Position numbers and translations under genes: made by a program. From Eledone cirrhosa (lineage: Eukaryota), in NCBI GenBank assembly GCA_964016885.1, contig OZ024745.1, forward strand, positions 93,992,001-94,056,000: 64,000 bases of DNA. Reading direction: 5' to 3'. The notes under the pieces were generated by a model. That model was not told where the DNA came from and did not search any database. It saw only the letters and a program-made list of their open reading frames with translations. Below are positions 49,433 to 61,327 of this stretch, in pieces. The stretch's first letter is position 1. Each line of letters opens with the position of its first letter.

Positions 49433-52400
49433 CACTAAACGTCAGCTTAATATAATTTCAAGTTTCTGCCAAGTTGAGCAATTATACTGACCCCAATACT
49501 TGACTGGTCATTTATTTTATGAACCTTAAGGATGTGAGGCAAAGTTGGCCATGGTGGGATTTGAACTCAGAAGAAATACAGTTAAGCATTTGTCTTCTGA
49601 TACTCTAAGGATTCTGTTAATCCACTTCCAATATTACTAATTATTTTACTAAATCCCTTCAAATAGAAAATTAATTGAAAAAACATAGGTGATGTATTTC
49701 ATTAGAAATATAGTAATAAAGGGTTAATTATCTTAGCCTGGAAACACACCATAAGACTGATAAGATATGAATAGTCACACATCAACTATTACTCCAGCAT
49801 TCTATTTATTGACTCAGTTGCAATTGTTTCTGTTAAAAGACTCAACAATGGAAGGTGAAATTTTAAACTTTTTATCTGAATGTTTTCTTACAAATTATTG
49901 ATGAATTAGCTTCAAGCCCCAATTGTTATTAGCTTGGTAAATTAACTTCAAACAATTTCTCTTTAATAACCACATGGCGGTGTTAGTAGGGGTGGTGGTG
50001 GTAGTGGAGGTATGTTTTCTCTGTTAATGCTTTTGGATAATAATTAAAATGTCTTTTATGCCATTTTCATTAAATAGCAAAAACAGTTAATGGCATTCAA
50101 GAAATGTAGAATACCATCTGGTTTTGTGTGTGTGTGTGCGCACATTTGTGTGTGTGTGTAGGGAGAGGAAAGGAATGTAGATTTTCTTTCTTTCTCTATT
50201 AAATAGATTAAGTAAATTTAATTTACTAACCATTTAATTTGAATACTTTTGTCTACATTCTTAATACATTACCTCACATATGTGTTAGCTGATTTAGTAA
50301 AATATTTTGTCAAAATTACTTCTATTCCCAATCATCATCATCATCATCATCATCATTTAACCCTTTAGCATTTAAACCAGCCATATCTGGCCAGAATTCA
50401 CTCACCTCTTTTTGTTCAAACTGGCTGTAACTGGCCACTCATACTGATGTTAAGGTATTTTTCTCAAAATAAATATCAAAATCTCATAGATTTGATATTA
50501 TCTATATATATATAATCACCATCACCATGACTTACACCATCCACCACCACCACCACCACCATCACCATTAAATTTTTATGACCATGCTGTAAAATGGAGG
50601 GGTAGAGAGGGCCCTTGAGTCTAGTAAGACATCCTCTCTAGTGCTAGTGGCACAAATAAAAGCACCCGGTCCATGCTGTAAAGTGGCGCTGGTGTTAGGA
50701 AGGGCATCCAACCAGTGTATCAATGCCAAAACGCTTATCAGCACAGCAACAAATAGGAACAACAACAAAATATGAAGACGTCGCATCTCAGAGTTGCAAC
50801 ACTTAATGTTGGCACTCTCAGAGGTAGATTTGCTGAAATAGCGGAGATGCTGGAGAGAAGGCATGTGGATGTGTGCTGTGTGCAAGAGGTGAGATGGAGA
50901 GGTGCCTCTGCGAGACTAGTCGTAGACAAACATCTTAACTATAAGCTTTTCTGGGTAGGTAAGGATGATGGATTAGGGGGAGTAGGCATTTTCCTGGCTG
51001 AGAGATGGATCAATAAGACAATAGAGGTAGTTCGAGTTAGTAATCAAATAATTAAGCTTAGATTAGTTGAGACTACTGACAATCATCTTTGCCTATGCTC
51101 CCCAAGCAGGCCTAGGCAAAGATGAGAAAGACTGCTTTTACGAGCAACTTTTACAAACAACTGCAATGACAGAGGACGGAGACATTATGCTAGCAGGGGA
51201 CTTCAATGGTCATGTTGGACAGCTCCAGGATGGTTACACTGGGGTACATGGTGGGCACGGTTATGGCTCAAGAAATGAAGGAGTGAGACTTCTTGAATTT
51301 TGTGATGCAAGTACACTGACTATTTGCAACACAAACTTCCAGAAACCTGCCAACCACCTAATAACCTACAAATCTGGCGAGCACATAAGCCAGATTGACT
51401 TCTTACTAGTTAGGCAGCGGGACAAGCAGATAGTGTCTAATACCAAGGCATACCCTGGGGACGAATGTACCCCACAGCATAGGTTAGTCGTTAGTGATAT
51501 CTCAGTAAGCAAGAGATGGAATGAGACATACAGGAAGGTGTGGAGAAGAAAGGTCTGGAAGCTAAAAGATCTTTCACTAAAATACAAATTTAGGAAAGCC
51601 CTTCAAGATGTGTATGATGAAAAAGAAGACGATTTAGAAATGTATAACATAGATAATAACTGGAATTTCTGACAACTTACTGCAGGCTACTGATGAAACT
51701 TGTGGCTGGAGCAGAGCTCCAACCAGACAGAGAGTGACCTGGTGGTGGAACAGCACAGTAGATAAGGCCATTAGAGACAAAAGACTAGCATGGAAGGCTT
51801 GGAAAAAGGGTGGGAGTAGGGAAGAATATACAGCCGCTAAGAGAGAAGCTAGACGTCGGGTGTACTTAGCATGCAGAGAGCTGAGAGTAGGAGGTTTGCC
51901 AATGTTCTGCGACGGGAAGATCAGAGGCGTGCGGTGTTCCACATTGCAAGGCAGTGTGTCAATGCAAATCAGGATGTTGTTGGAGATAAATGTGTCCGGA
52001 ACGATGCCAGTGTACTTAGTGTCACGAATGATCAGAAAAAGGAGGCCTGGAAATGTCATTGAGAGACTGATGAATGTGGAGAACGAATGGCAGAGAGAGA
52101 AACTACCCTCAGTAGATCCGACAGAGGGACCAGCTATTGAGATTGATGAATATAGGGTCCAAGAGGCGATTAAGGAAATGAAAAATGGTAAGGCTGCTGG
52201 ACCATCGGGAATAGTTGCTGAGATGCTGAAGGCATCAGGGGACGTAGGCACTAAGCTGGTTGCACGCATCATCAATCAGGCTATATATGGTGGTGTCATA
52301 CCCAAAACTGGTGCAGCAGTATTTTCATAAATTGCTACAAAGGTAACGGAAATGCTCTGGAGAGGAACAATTATAGGGGTATAAAACTGATGGATCAGGT

Positions 52401-53238
52401 TATGAAAGTGGCAGAAAGGATATTAGCACAACTAATTAGAGAAAGGGTCAAGAGATGCAGTTTGGTTTCGTGCCTGGCAAGAGTACAACAGATGCCCTCT
52501 TCTTGGTGAGACAATTGCAAGAGAGGTTCTTAGAGAAAAATAAGCCACTATACCTAGCCTTTGTTGACCTAGAGAAGGCCTTTGATAGGGTACCCCGATC
52601 TGTCATCTGGATGTCCCTAAGGAAACTAGGTGTTGAGGAATGGCTTGTGAGGACAGTGCAAACTTTTTACAGAGGTACTGTCAGTAAAGTCAGGGTAGGA
52701 ATGGAGTTTAGTGAGGAATTCCAGATACAAGTAGGAGTACATCAAGGTTCGGTCCTCAGCCCGCTCTTGTTCATTATAGTCCTCCAAGCCATAACAGAGG
52801 AGTTGAAGACTGGTTGTCCATGGGAACTTCTCTATGCTGACGATCTGGTTCTTATAGCAGAATCAGTAGAGGAGCTAGAGAATAAATTCTGGCTATGGAA
52901 ACAGCAGTTGGAAGTAAGAGGACTGAGAGTGAACCTCATCATCATCATCATCATCACCGTTTTACGTCCGTTCTTCCACGCTAGCATGGGTTAGACGGGT
53001 TATCCTGTTGTGGGCAGTGTCTGGTCGGCTGACCATGCCTTGCTCATACAGGAACTGATCTGGCTTGATTTCTACAGCTGGATGCCCTTCCTAACACCAA
53101 CCTCATTTACAGTGAGTGCTGGGTGCTTTTTCGTGGCGCCTACACGTCCACTTTACAGTGTGGGCTGGGTGCTTTTTTGCCGTGGCACCTCCACGGCCAC
53201 CTTGCGGTGGAGGGGGGGGGGCATATTGTTTATATGCT

Positions 53239-56200
53239 TCAGCATGTACCCATGGGAGGTCGGGTACCCTGTATTACTGCGTGACGCCAGAAGTCACGGT
53301 CGTGTGTCATTGACTTTGAGAGGTGTAGTTGGGTAAGGTCGGCTTTTATCACCTCATCCCAAGTCATCTTGGGTCTCCCCACTCCGCGGTTTCCATCAAC
53401 TTCTAGTGCTCTGCACCTTTTTATGCAGCTGTCATCCTTCATACGCATCACATGTCCATACCAGCGTAACCGCCTCTCCTGCACGCAGCATTTGATTCCT
53501 CTTATGCTCAGTCTCTCTCTCAATTCCTTTATGCTTTGTCGTTCACGTATATTACTGTTACACATCCATCGGAGCATGCAGGCTTCGTTTCTCTCTAATC
53601 TACGTAAGTCTTCCACCTTCAGCGCCCAGGTCTCACTACCATGCAACATCGCTGTTCGGATACACGCATCATACAGTCTGCCTTTCATTCTGAGGGAGAA
53701 GCCTTTTGCAGCTAGCAGTGGTAGTAGTTCCCTAAACTTCTTCCATCCCGTTCTTACCCTAGTTATTGTACTTTCTGAGCACCCACCTCCGTTGCTAATT
53801 CGGTCACCTAGGTAGCAGAAGCTGTCTACTGTTTCTACAGGGCCCTCCCAGAGATTGGTGGTACTTGTTTCCTGTGGCTGTTTGCTTGCTGTTTCAGCAC
53901 AGCTGCTGCATGTGAATCCTACATTCTTAATTAAGCTTCCTGAGATCCCGCTACATCTCTTGTGTACCCATTGTTTGCATTTGGGGCAGAGAATGGAGTT
54001 TCTACCTACACCTTTCCTACATACTGAGCAAGGCCATTTCCCTGAGGGGATCTGGGTTCTGTTTTCTCGTCTACTTACAAGGACCTTAGTCTTTGTCATG
54101 TTGACTTTGAGGCCCTTTCTCTCTAGTCCCTGCTTCCAGGTTTGGAATTTATTCTCTAGTTCTACCATAGATTCAGCTATGAGTGCGAGGTCATCAGCAT
54201 ACAGGAGTTCCCATGGGCATCCGGTCTTAAACTCCTCCGTTATTGCCTGCAGGACTATGATGAACAGGAGAGGGCTAAGAACAGAGCCCTGGTGGACCCC
54301 AACCTGTACGCTAAATTCCTCGCTATACTCATTGCCAATCCTAACTTTGCTGACTGCTCCCCTATACATGGCTTGTACTGCTTTCACAAGCCATTCATCT
54401 ACTCTTAGTTTTCTAAGAGCCCACCAGATTACTGCACGTGGAACTCTGTCAAAGGCTTTCTCAAGGTCGACAAATGCCAAGTAGAGTGGCTTACTTTTAG
54501 CTAGGTACTTTTCCTGTAATTGCCTCACAAGGAAGAGGGCATCAGTGGTGCCTTTCCCTGGTACAAACCCAAATTGCATCTCGTCTATATTCACCCGGTC
54601 CCTAATCAGCTGTGCTATAACTCTTTCTGTTACTTTCATGACCTGGTCCATCAACTTTATACCTCTATAGTTTCCTCTATCTAGTGCATCGCCTTTACCT
54701 TTGTAGCAGTTGACAATGATGCTACTGCACCAATCTTTTGGTATGGCCCCCTCTAGTATTACCTGGTTAACGATACGTGTGGTTATAGTGTGACCTACAG
54801 ACCCAGATGCCTTCAGCATCTCGGCAGCTATACCCGATGGACCGGTTGCCTTCCCTATCTTCATATCTCTGATTGCCTTACTTACTACGCTGCCGCTGAC
54901 TTGTACTGCTGGTCCCTCTATAGGGTCTACGTGGGGTAGGGTCTCTTCTTCCCATGCATTCTCCTCATTTAGTAATCTATCATAATGACTCTTCCATGCA
55001 TCTTTCTTCTCAGCACTTGTGAGGGCAAGCTCACCTTTATCATTCCGGATACACTTCTCTCCAATGACATCACAACTATCTCTGACACACTGCCTCGCAA
55101 TCTTGAATACCTCCTGTTTCTGGTCCTCACGTTGTAAAACATGCTTGAATTTTCTATCCTCTGCTTCCCTCCTAGCTAAGTATACTTGTCGCCTAGCTTC
55201 CCTCTTGGTCTCTATGTAATGTACCCTGCTCCCCCCGTTCTTCCATTCTTTCCATGCCTGTCTCTTGGCCTTGACTGCTTCATCTACCTTATTGTTCCAC
55301 CACCAAGTCACTCTCCTCCTGCTTGAGGTCTTACTCCAGCCACAAACCTCATCCGTCGCCTCTAGTAAGTTATTTTTTAGGAACTCCCAGTTCTCTTCTA
55401 CGTTAAATGTCTCTATCTGTTCTTCTTTACTGTCGTAGGCGTTGAGTAAAATATCTTTAAATCTGTTACTGGTTGAGGGGACTTTCAGCTTCCAGATCTT
55501 TCTTCTCCAGGTTGGCCTCTGTTTCAGGGCTCGTCTAGTTCTGACCGTGAGGTCGCTGACAACTAAGCTATGTTGGGATGTACATTCCTCACTAGGGAAG
55601 GCTTTTGTGTTTACGACCGTCCATCTGTCACGTCCTCTGATGAGGATAAAATCTAACTGACTAGAGTGCTCCCCTGATCTATAGGTGATCAGGTGGTTGT
55701 CGGGTTTTTTAAAGTTTGTGTTACATATCGACATGTCATTGGCGTCGCAGAATTCTAGAAGTCTGAATCCTTCCTCATTCCTTGTGCCAACTCCATGGCC
55801 TCCATGTACTCTATTGAAGCCGTCGCAGTGTTTACCTACGTGTCCGTTAAAATCTCCTGCAATGATTAGGAAGTCCTTGTCGTCTGTTAGAGCAGTAGTG
55901 TGTATTAGGGACTCGTAAAACCTATCCTTAAGTTCGTCTGGCAGCCCCGATTGGGGTGCGTAAGCTGATATTATTGTGGTAATTGTCTTATTCAGGACTA
56001 GTCTAAGTTTAATGATTCTTGCATTTACCCTGTACACTGAGATTACTTTATCTACCCACTTGTCAGCTAATAGTATACCTACACCACCCATCCCATCGTC
56101 ATTTCCCACCCAGAAAAATTTGTAGCACTGGCTTTTTCCTACAAGGACTCTAGCAGACCCTCCTCTCCATCTAGTCTCTTGCACACAGCATACATCAACT

Positions 56201-56358
56201 TCCTTTCGCTCTAGCATTTCTACAATTTCTCCTGCTCTTCCTTTCATTGAGCCTACATTGATGGTACCAACTCGGAGTTTTGGGCATTTGTCGACACTCG
56301 TAGGGGAGGGTCTCTGGGTTGGCGCTTCACGTGGGTGCTTGGTAGCTCGCAGATTCAT
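53239..56358 (-). CDS. RTE LINE ORF: APE endonuclease + reverse transcriptase + PHD-like Cys/His finger (1039 aa)
   Basis: GTINVG, CCVQETRW, ISAYAPQ, AGDFNGHVG, QLDFIL; NYRGIKL, QFGF, AFVDLEKAFDRV, GVHQGSVLSP, YADD, FCYLG; CSVC..CPKC..H..C..CSSC; RRLRWYGHV, GRPKMTW. Confidence 0.97.
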   Translation of the reverse strand: MNLRATKHPREAPTQRPSPTSVDKCPKLRVGTINVGSMKGRAGEIVEMLERKEVDVCCVQETRWRGGSARVLVGKSQCYKFFWVGNDDGMGGVGILLADKWVDKVISVYRVNARIIKLRLVLNKTITTIISAYAPQSGLPDELKDRFYESLIHTTALTDDKDFLIIAGDFNGHVGKHCDGFNRVHGGHGVGTRNEEGFRLLEFCDANDMSICNTNFKKPDNHLITYRSGEHSSQLDFILIRGRDRWTVVNTKAFPSEECTSQHSLVVSDLTVRTRRALKQRPTWRRKIWKLKVPSTSNRFKDILLNAYDSKEEQIETFNVEENWEFLKNNLLEATDEVCGWSKTSSRRRVTWWWNNKVDEAVKAKRQAWKEWKNGGSRVHYIETKREARRQVYLARREAEDRKFKHVLQREDQKQEVFKIARQCVRDSCDVIGEKCIRNDKGELALTSAEKKDAWKSHYDRLLNEENAWEEETLPHVDPIEGPAVQVSGSVVSKAIRDMKIGKATGPSGIAAEMLKASGSVGHTITTRIVNQVILEGAIPKDWCSSIIVNCYKGKGDALDRGNYRGIKLMDQVMKVTERVIAQLIRDRVNIDEMQFGFVPGKGTTDALFLVRQLQEKYLAKSKPLYLAFVDLEKAFDRVPRAVIWWALRKLRVDEWLVKAVQAMYRGAVSKVRIGNEYSEEFSVQVGVHQGSVLSPLLFIIVLQAITEEFKTGCPWELLYADDLALIAESMVELENKFQTWKQGLERKGLKVNMTKTKVLVSRRENRTQIPSGKWPCSVCRKGVGRNSILCPKCKQWVHKRCSGISGSLIKNVGFTCSSCAETASKQPQETSTTNLWEGPVETVDSFCYLGDRISNGGGCSESTITRVRTGWKKFRELLPLLAAKGFSLRMKGRLYDACIRTAMLHGSETWALKVEDLRRLERNEACMLRWMCNSNIRERQSIKELRERLSIRGIKCCVQERRLRWYGHVMRMKDDSCIKRCRALEVDGNRGVGRPKMTWDEVIKADLTQLHLSKSMTHDRDFWRHAVIQGTRPPMGTC

Positions 56359-56601
56359 ATTTCATCTATTGATTCAGAGTTGCTCGTGTATTCCCAGCTC
56401 ATCCATCCATAACGGTGGGAAAATTGAGGGCTAGAAGAACAGTGGTGGTGGGGTAATGGCAGGGTGTGTTGGGATGCGCCAGAGGAGGAGAGAGTTAGTT
56501 AGGCAGGTAGTAGCAGCAGCAGTGGAAATGGCATGCTAGGTTTGATTGGTCGAATAGACTATGGTGGTGTGTGGGGGTGGGGGGGGGAGGGAAATTGTGA
56601 G

Positions 56602-57437
56602 GTAGGAACTGAGGGTCGCATGGTAAATATCCAAGTTAATACTACATCAGTAAAATTAACAATAATAACGTCATGAAAAAAACTACTAAGAGAAACCCTA
56701 GAAAATTTATCGCTAATACAGCAGGGAAAATTTAACGCTAATACAGCAAGGAACATCATAATATTAACGACAATATGTAGGCTAAAATACCTTCGTAGAT
56801 TAGATGGATGGCTGGAATAATTGGAGTCAGCTCTAGTGGTACATTTTAGCAGAGAAGAATGGGAAAGTATCTTATCTCTTCAATATTTTCAGATTGAATG
56901 AATTAGGTTAAAGACAGGGTAGTAAGCCTTAAAGAAGTGCATAGAGAGGGGGGGGGGGGGTAGGAACTGAGGGTCGCATGGTAAATAACTGAGAGAGATA
57001 CAATAGGATTAGAATACCGCATGGTAAATATCCAAGTTAATAAGTTAATACTACATCAGTAAAATTAACAATAATAACGTCATGAAAAAAACTACTAAGA
57101 GAAACCCTAGAAAATTTATCGCTAATACAGCAGGGAAAATTTAACGCTAATACAGCAGGGAACATCATAATATTAACGACAATATGTAGGCTAAAATACC
57201 TTCGTAGATTAGATGGATGGCTGGAATAATTGGAGTCAGCTCTAGTGGTACATTTTAGCAGAGAAGAATGGGAAAGTATCTTATCTCTTCAATATTTTCA
57301 GATTGAATGAATTAGGTTAAAGACAGGGTAGTAAGCCTTAAAGAAGTGCATAGAGAGGGGGGGGGGGGTAGGAACTGAGGGTCGCATGGTAAATAACTGA
57401 GAGAGATACAATAGGATTAGAATACCGCATGGTAAAT
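56602..57437. repeat. ~408-bp tandem monomers in the RTE 5' region (2 copies plus a partial copy)
   Basis: GTAGGAACTGAGGGTCGCATGGTAAAT at 56602, 56960 and 57368, with near-identical intervening sequence. Confidence 0.93.
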
Positions 57438-59025
57438 AACCTAGCTAAGACAAAAGTGTTGATGAGTAGAAAAGAGGACAAAACTCTGATTCCGTCAGGG
57501 AAATGGCCATGTTCGATATGCAGAAAAGGAAACTGGCATAAATTCTATAAAATGAACACAATGCAGATCCTGGGTACACAAGAGATGTAGCGGGATAGCA
57601 GGCAAACTAGCAGGTAGGGAGAAATATGTATGCAGTAGATGTACAGGGAAATTAGACAGTAGAAGTCGCATTGATAGACACATTTTTTAAATGCAGGCGG
57701 GTGCTATAGAAGTGGTGGATAGCTTCCGGTACCTTGGAGATCAGATTAGCATGGGAGGGGCGGGGGTGTTCCGAGGCCATAGTATCTAGAATAAGGACGG
57801 GTTGGAAGAAGTTTAGGGAGCTGCTTCCTCTGCTGACGAAGAAGGGTTTCTCCCTGCGTACGAAAGGCCGGTTATATGATGCCTGTGCGAGGAGCACGAT
57901 GTTGCATGGTAGTGAGACATGAGCAGCAACTGCAGAGGATATGCGACGGCTGGAGAGAAATGAGGCAAGCATGCTCCGTTGGATGTGCAGTGTCAATGTG
58001 CGTGAATGACCCAGTATGAATGTGTTGAGAGAGAAACTGTGTCTGAGAGGGGGATAGAATGTAGTGTACCGGAGAGGAGACTGAGGTGGTATGGACATGT
58101 GATGCGCATGGAGGATGACCAATGGGTAAAGAAGTGCCAGGAAATGCCAGTTGAAGGAAGACGTGGTAGAGGTAGACCACGAAAAACATGGGTGGAGGTG
58201 GTGAGAACAGACCTCAGATCGCTGAAGCTCACGGTGGAGATGACGAAGGATCGTGACAACTGGATAGATGCTGTGCTGAATAAGACCCGTCCCACCCTTG
58301 CAAGCAGGGAAGAGTGGACGTATGATGATGATAATGATAAAACTGAGGATGTCTGTCTGTGTGAGTTTGAATCCCTAAAACTAGAGAAGCACCCAACCGA
58401 CTGTTTTCAAACTTTACACATGTAATACTTATGTTTCAGGGAGTGTTCTGAGCCAAAAAAATTTCAAATTTTCAATGCTCTAGGGACCGCATTAGGCGAT
58501 TTAGCGATCTCTCTCTATAATTCTTAGTCTTTCTCTTTTTAGATAGATAGATACATATAACGTTGCGCCCTTATAATATCTGTCTGTATGTCTGCTGTCT
58601 GCATTACGCCACTTCCTACAATTCGCTCTGCGTCCAGAACGCGCACTTATAATGTCTGTATGTCTGGCTGTCTGCTGCATCCAGTTATTTGCCACCCTTG
58701 CTCAAGACAAATCTCACACTCATTCCCCAAACAGTTGGTAAGTGCAAACAACTTCTTCCTCACGTTTTAAGCCACAGTGTTGATTACTTACGTACCACCA
58801 GACCCTTACTTTTTTGCCAGCCGTGGTTGTGAAATTACTAAGCTTAGCTAAGGCGGTTATATATTTCACAATACCTTATCCCGTGCAACGCCGGGTACCA
58901 CTGCTAGTATGAGATAAAGCCTTTCCCATAAAAATACAATAGTGAATATAGAGTAATGTAAATGCTAAAGGGTTAACATCTGCTAACCCTGCTGGGTGTG
59001 TTTTGGACAGTTTGTCATGATTTAA

Positions 59026-59245
59026 CCCTTTAGAATTTAAACTGGCCATATCTGGCCAGAATTCTCTCACCTCTTTCTGTTCAAACCGGCCATAACCAAC
59101 TGCTCATACTTATGTTAAGGTATTGTTCTCAAAATAAATATCAAAATCTTATAGATTCAATATTATGTGAAATAATTATGTGAGATAAAGCCTTTACTGT
59201 GAAAATACAATAGTATATATATAGAGTAATGTAAATACTAAAGGG
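59026..59245 (+). mobile_element. piggyBac-type MITE
   Basis: TTAA TSD and CCCTTTAG..CTAAAGGG TIRs. Confidence 0.9.
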
Positions 59246-59283
59246 TTAAAACGAGATAAGTTCAAGAGACCACATCTCACTTA

Positions 59284-59598
59284 TCTATATATCTAAAACG
59301 GAGAATGTGTCTGTCTATCTGTCCGCTCACTAAAACTGATTGTTTTCAAACTTTACACATGTAATACTTATGGTCCTGTGAGTGTTTTGAGCAAAAAATA
59401 TTTCAAATTTTCAATGCCCTAGGGACCGCATTAGGCGATTTAGCGATCTCTCTCTATAATCATTAGTCTTTCTCTTTTTAGATAGATATGTTTCTTTATT
59501 AGCCACAGGGGCACAAAAGAAGATAGATACATAGATATAACGTCGCGCCCTTATAATATCTGTCTGTATGTCTGACTGTGTATATATGTATATATAGA

Positions 59599-59629
<31 letters not shown>

Positions 59630-59915
59630 GTGTGTAACGTTTTTCGAAATATTTACTTCTGCGTTCACAGATCGATTTTTTTTTTAGTTTCAGAAGATCC
59701 TGTTAAGGTTGAAAGCAACGATTCTTTGCTTAAACTTTAATCTGTTATTTTAATATATATATATAATTATATATTCGTGTACAGATATTTTTGCATACAC
59801 AATAACAAAATATAAACAAACTTATTTATTTCACGAGGCTCGATAAGGATAAATATATGTCAAATATATAAGAACCCTAGAGCAAATCCTGAGCAACGCC
59901 GGGCCATTATGCTAG
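59284..59915 (+). mobile_element. Non-autonomous Helitron
   Basis: A|TCTATATATCTAAAAC..CCTGAGCAACGCCGGG..CTAG|T. Confidence 0.85.
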
Positions 59916-60366
59916 TATGTTCTATAATTTGGCATTGTTTCTATGCCTGAATGCTCTTCCTAACAACAACTACTTTAAAGTGTTCTGGGAACATTTTATC
60001 CTGACAGCATCGCTAGAGAAGTTGTCATGTACTTGGTAAAATAGAAAAGTTCTCTCTACCCTAATTGTCTCTTTTTGATCGCCAATTCCTTTATAGAGTG
60101 TATTGGGTACACTTTATTGTGGCTCCAGCACTAGAGAGGTTGTCATGTACTCGGTAAGACTGGCGCATCCTCTATACCAAGGGGCGGGGGGCATATGACT
60201 TTCGTTGCATACCACCATGTGTTTGTTTTCTTCCCTCTGTTTTCCCACTGTCCCGATAACTTAATTGAGTTATCGCTCGCACTAATTTTAGGTATATAGT
60301 CTTTAATGCGTCGAAATACCAACGATAAATCAGAAGACTACTGAAGAGGACATTTTAACCCTTGTC

Positions 60367-60412
<46 letters not shown>

Positions 60413-61134
60413 TATACATATTCTTGAAGAATGAAAAATTAAATGCTGCAACGCAATTTAGTTTGGAATCTATTATTTATAAATATGCATTATTCTTAGA
60501 TCATGGCTCACAGCCATGATCTAATAGTAAACTTTGGAATGCTAATTAAATTTGATTAGAAGTTTCATTACTTCTTTATTTTGTTTTATCCATCACAGCA
60601 GGGCCATGCTTGAGCAATACGATTATTAGAAATTAGAGACTCCTTATTTGCTTGTAAATTGATAGAGTTTAGAGGTGTGTGTGTGTAAAGCTTTAATTTC
60701 TTAAAGGAATCAAATCCAATATATTAATGAGTCCTATAACACATTAAGCTCTACTGTTATTTCATGAATTAAGTGATAAGTATAAGAAAATAAGAACTCT
60801 GAGAATATGAAAAATCAAAATTTTGCAAAGACTATGCCGCCACCCATTGTAAATATGGTAAACTGACAACAGAAGTAACAGAAAGACAGACAAACATATG
60901 CATATATCTCTTTTAAATAAATTAGTTTTGAAAAGAAAAGAAAAAAGATGCTAATAATAGTTGTTTCTAACCTAGACATAAGACTAATAATTTGAGGGAA
61001 GGTTGATCAAATTCAACCTGAGTGCTATACAGAGGAAGAGTCAAATTTCCAGTAAACTAATTTCATTACTGAAATGTACTGGGGTCGATTTAATCGACTT
61101 TCCTCTCCTCAAAAATTGTTGGTCTTGTGCTTAA

Positions 61135-61327
61135 CCCTTTAGCATTTACATTACTCTATATATAATATTGTATTTTCTCTGTAAAGTCTTTATTTTACAT
61201 AATTATCTCACATAATATCGAATCTATTTATTTTGAGAACAATACTTTAACATAAGTATGAGCAGCCAGTTTGAACAGAAAAAGGTGAGAGATTTTGCTG
61301 GATATGGCCAGTTTAAATGCTAAAGGG
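61135..61327 (-). mobile_element. piggyBac-type MITE inserted in a SINE-1 tail
   Basis: GGTCTTGTGC TTAA|CCC..GGG|TTAA ATAAGAAAC. Confidence 0.88.

Larger units (their letters stand above)
52937..57437 (-). mobile_element. Full-length RTE-clade LINE (family B), potentially active
   Basis: (GAT)n tail at 52937, 3' UTR, uninterrupted ORF, ~1.1-kb 5' region. Short direct repeat AACCT at 52932-52936 and 57438-57442. Confidence 0.93.
50516..58340 (+). pseudogene. Full-length but decayed RTE LINE (family A): 50516-52936 plus 57443-58340
   Basis: APE (ATLNVG, CCVQEVRW, AYAPQ, AGDFNGHVG) and RT (QFGF, FVDLEKAFDRV, GVHQGSVLSP, YADD) lie in several frames. The ORF breaks at GLRVNL| and resumes with |AKTKVLMS. 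GAT tail at ~58322-58338. Confidence 0.92.
50501..58907 (+). mobile_element. Non-autonomous Helitron split into 50501-50515 and 58341-58907
   Basis: A|TCTATATATATAA 5' end. 3' hairpin CCCGTGCAACGCCGGG (58880-58895) then CTAG|T. The body matches 59284-59580. Confidence 0.8.
50361..58972 (+). mobile_element. piggyBac MITE split into 50361-50500 and 58908-58972 by nested insertions
   Basis: Left: TTAA|CCCTTTAGCA..GATATTA. Right: TATGAGATAAAGCC..GCTAAAGGG|TTAA. The halves rejoin to resemble 59026-59245. Confidence 0.85.

Noticed and set aside
53369-55918. Plus-strand ORFs overlapping the RTE ORF, and antisense ORFs in other LINEs
   Set aside because: These are shadow frames of retroelement coding sequence with no independent motifs.
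60341-60366. Hammerhead-like CTGAAGAGGACA..TGTC
   Set aside because: The required GAAA core does not follow the stem; at most a truncated Penelope remnant.
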